From Massalongia carnosa (taxonomy: Eukaryota), in the NCBI GenBank assembly GCA_965645245.1, contig OZ287082.1, positions 992,001 to 1,056,000 of the forward strand: 64,000 bases of DNA, read 5' to 3'. The notes below the pieces were generated by a model, which searched no databases, was not told where the DNA came from, and saw nothing but the letters and a program-made list of their open reading frames with translations. Numbering within the stretch: position 1 is the stretch's first letter; each line of letters opens with the position of its first letter. Below, piece by piece: positions 61,744-64,000 of this stretch. The position numbers and the translations under genes are program-made.

Positions 61744-62079
61744 GAAAAATCGTCATGACGACTGAACTGATGTCGCGTGAATTTAGGACAACACTTTCAG
61801 CCTCAAACATTATGTTGATCTTCATTTCACTTCATCTACCCTTTTTCATCTTTACCTTTTCATCCATCTTTACCTTTTTTCTCATCTTTATCTTTCTTCC
61901 CATCCGTCATTGATTTGTTCTTTCAATCCTATTGCTCATTCCTTCTTAATCTTAGTAATACTATCGATCTCTTCTCGATCATCAGTTCTTAAACTGGTAT
62001 GATCGTCTGACTTGATTTTGAGATACAACATCATCTCACATTGCATTATCACAGATTTCAGCCTCTACTTATCCACATC

Positions 62080-64000
62080 ATGGAAGAAAATGTATATTCC
62101 TCATAATATCTTCATCTAAAGCTTTTAACTTACCTTTTTTTAGTCGATCCCGATCACGCCTAGAAAAACGAGGAGAGCGGTAAAGAAGGATATAGATAAA
62201 AAGATGACAAATGAGAACTTGGCCACTCATGCCAAGTTTTTCAAGAATGAACCAAAGACTTATTTAGGATACAGCGATGTCGCCGAATATAGGAAGTTTC
62301 GGTTCAGTAGTGTTGTACTGGAATGGTATATTCCATATTATCAAAACTGCCAACAGAGAAGTGTCAAAACTCCTCTGGCGCTTCTTCGAGATCTTCCTGA
62401 CCTGTCAGATGCTTTTCCAGCTGACTTAGGTCAGCTTCTTTCAAAATATCCTATTACAGATCAGGATGACAGGGCCAACAGGCGTCAAAACAATGATAGC
62501 AGGGACTATCTATATGCCGCCATACTTTTTCGACTCGCAGAAGCCATTGATGAGGTTTCGTCTACTAGATTTTATGAAGTTGAAAGACACAGAGCGGCTT
62601 CAAATCGATTTGAAAAAATTATAAGTTTGAACATACCAAATATCAAGATTCCCGCGTTCAACGACACTGTCATACAACTGGGTCCCTTGCAAAATTTCAA
62701 AGAAGACGAGTTAGAAAGGTATAGCCGAACCAACTCAATTTTGAAGTCTCTGCAATGTGTCCTCGCGCCAACAAAGTGGAGGGAAACATTCGTCAATGCA
62801 AAAAGTTCACCATACGCATCCACTTTGATCTCTGCTGACATGATACCCTCTTGGATGCGGCCTGAGGAGCCGCAAGATGATCTTTCTATTACTATTGCTT
62901 CTGTCGAGCCAACCGAATTGATACGAAAATCCTTCATATTGTATCTGAATCGTCAGCAGAAGACCAAATTCAGTTCAAAGCTTGACAAGCATTTTCAAGA
63001 GTTTATCGTGTTCAATGGTTTACGCCTTCCCGAGAGCAATGTGCAAGTAGAGCGAGATCCACGTGCATATCCAACGGGTGAGATGTGGCGAGATACTCTG
63101 CGCCGACAGCTTCACTTTGAACAGCTTCGTGTAGACTTCTTGAAAATGAGTCTTACTGTAAGAAATACAGTCATACCGATACGAGAGTTGTTGATCTACG
63201 ACCTAAATCACCCCTCTACTGCAGCCTCCTGGTCGGAGGTCCAGGAATTTCTTGCCAAAAAGGATGTGGACGAGTTCATATTCTCTTATACTCTGCATGT
63301 CATTGAGGAACATGAAGACTTTGACTATGAGCATGACGGACCACTCTTGGCAATTCTGAAAGACATTCAGGTGACGGAAGACAACGATGTAGCTGTGAGA
63401 TCTGTGATCGATCCAGTGAGCACTCGATCTATTGATGAAGCTTTCGAGAAGATGTCACAAACTTCACAAGCGCTCGAGGACACTATGCCAATGCAAAATG
63501 ACACGGAAAACATGGACCCTAGCTTAATGGAAGGATCCTATTCGCCGTCTTTGCACAATAAACTGCGGCAATTTTTGTCTGATGGATCCACGATTACTCG
63601 AAAAAAATCCATTCCGCAGTCATATTTTGACTCAACGCAACGCTCGGAAATGCTTCTATATCATGAAAACTTTGATGTTTTTACCGAAGAAGGTCTGCTA
63701 CGCTGGCAACATCATGTACTGGACAAAGTCTGCGGTCAGATGCCGAAGGCTTTGAAGGAGAATAGTATCTTGAAGCTTAATAAAAAGGTGCGAGAAGAGC
63801 TACAACAAGCTCAAACTGATAGCGAGACTGCGCTTCTCTTAGCTGAGGTATTTATTCAATCTCATATCAGTTTGAAGTTGTCTCTAACATGTCTTGAAAA
63901 GCCCGATTCCGTTCATGATCTCAAACGATATTTCGACATTCAAAACGCCTTTACAGGCAGCGCATCACAGACCGGTCCACCTATTGCTATCTGCAAGATA
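62080..64000 (+). CDS. Large hypothetical protein, 3'-partial (absent from the ORF track)
   Basis: Stop-free frame from 62144 to the window end (>600 codons). Plausible ATG at 62080 with a GT..AG intron 62092-62143 joining in frame. Confidence 0.75.

Noticed and set aside
1..64000. Starship captain (DUF3435 tyrosine recombinase)
   Set aside because: No ORF with recognisable tyrosine-recombinase motifs was seen in the window.

Overview
A transposon-dense window from a filamentous ascomycete (spliceosomal introns, Tad1-type LINEs, an asco-type laccase, many C>T/G>A nonsense changes). Layout: (1) 1-5.3 kb: the end of a hAT element abutting a Tad1-like LINE whose ORF1 carries a copia-derived mini-LTR element. 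(2) 5.3-16.4 kb: degraded AT-rich relic DNA with a gypsy fragment, a solo LTR and one open hypothetical ORF. (3) 16.4-18.3 kb: an unexplained modular repeat region with four T-loop/B-box hairpins. (4) 18.3-25.6 kb: a second copy of the same LINE carrying a PIF/Harbinger and a pogo/Fot1 element, the latter interrupted by a solo LTR. (5) 26.3-30.7 kb: two copies of a non-coding SINE-like retroposon that start exactly at an HDV-like self-cleaving ribozyme, one split by a deleted Mutator, plus a MITE. (6) 31.8-50.2 kb: an accessory gene island with a CorA-like protein, a nuclease-like protein, UCH/ankyrin/GH45 pseudogenes, a patatin fused to a PP2-like domain, an esterase and a laccase. (7) 51-56.6 kb: Tc1/pogo stubs and a truncated gypsy element. 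(8) 56.8 kb to the end: a multi-gene CACTA/Mirage(CMC)-like DNA transposon running off the window. The most notable signal is the ribozyme-headed SINE-like family. All calls are by eye, without database searches.
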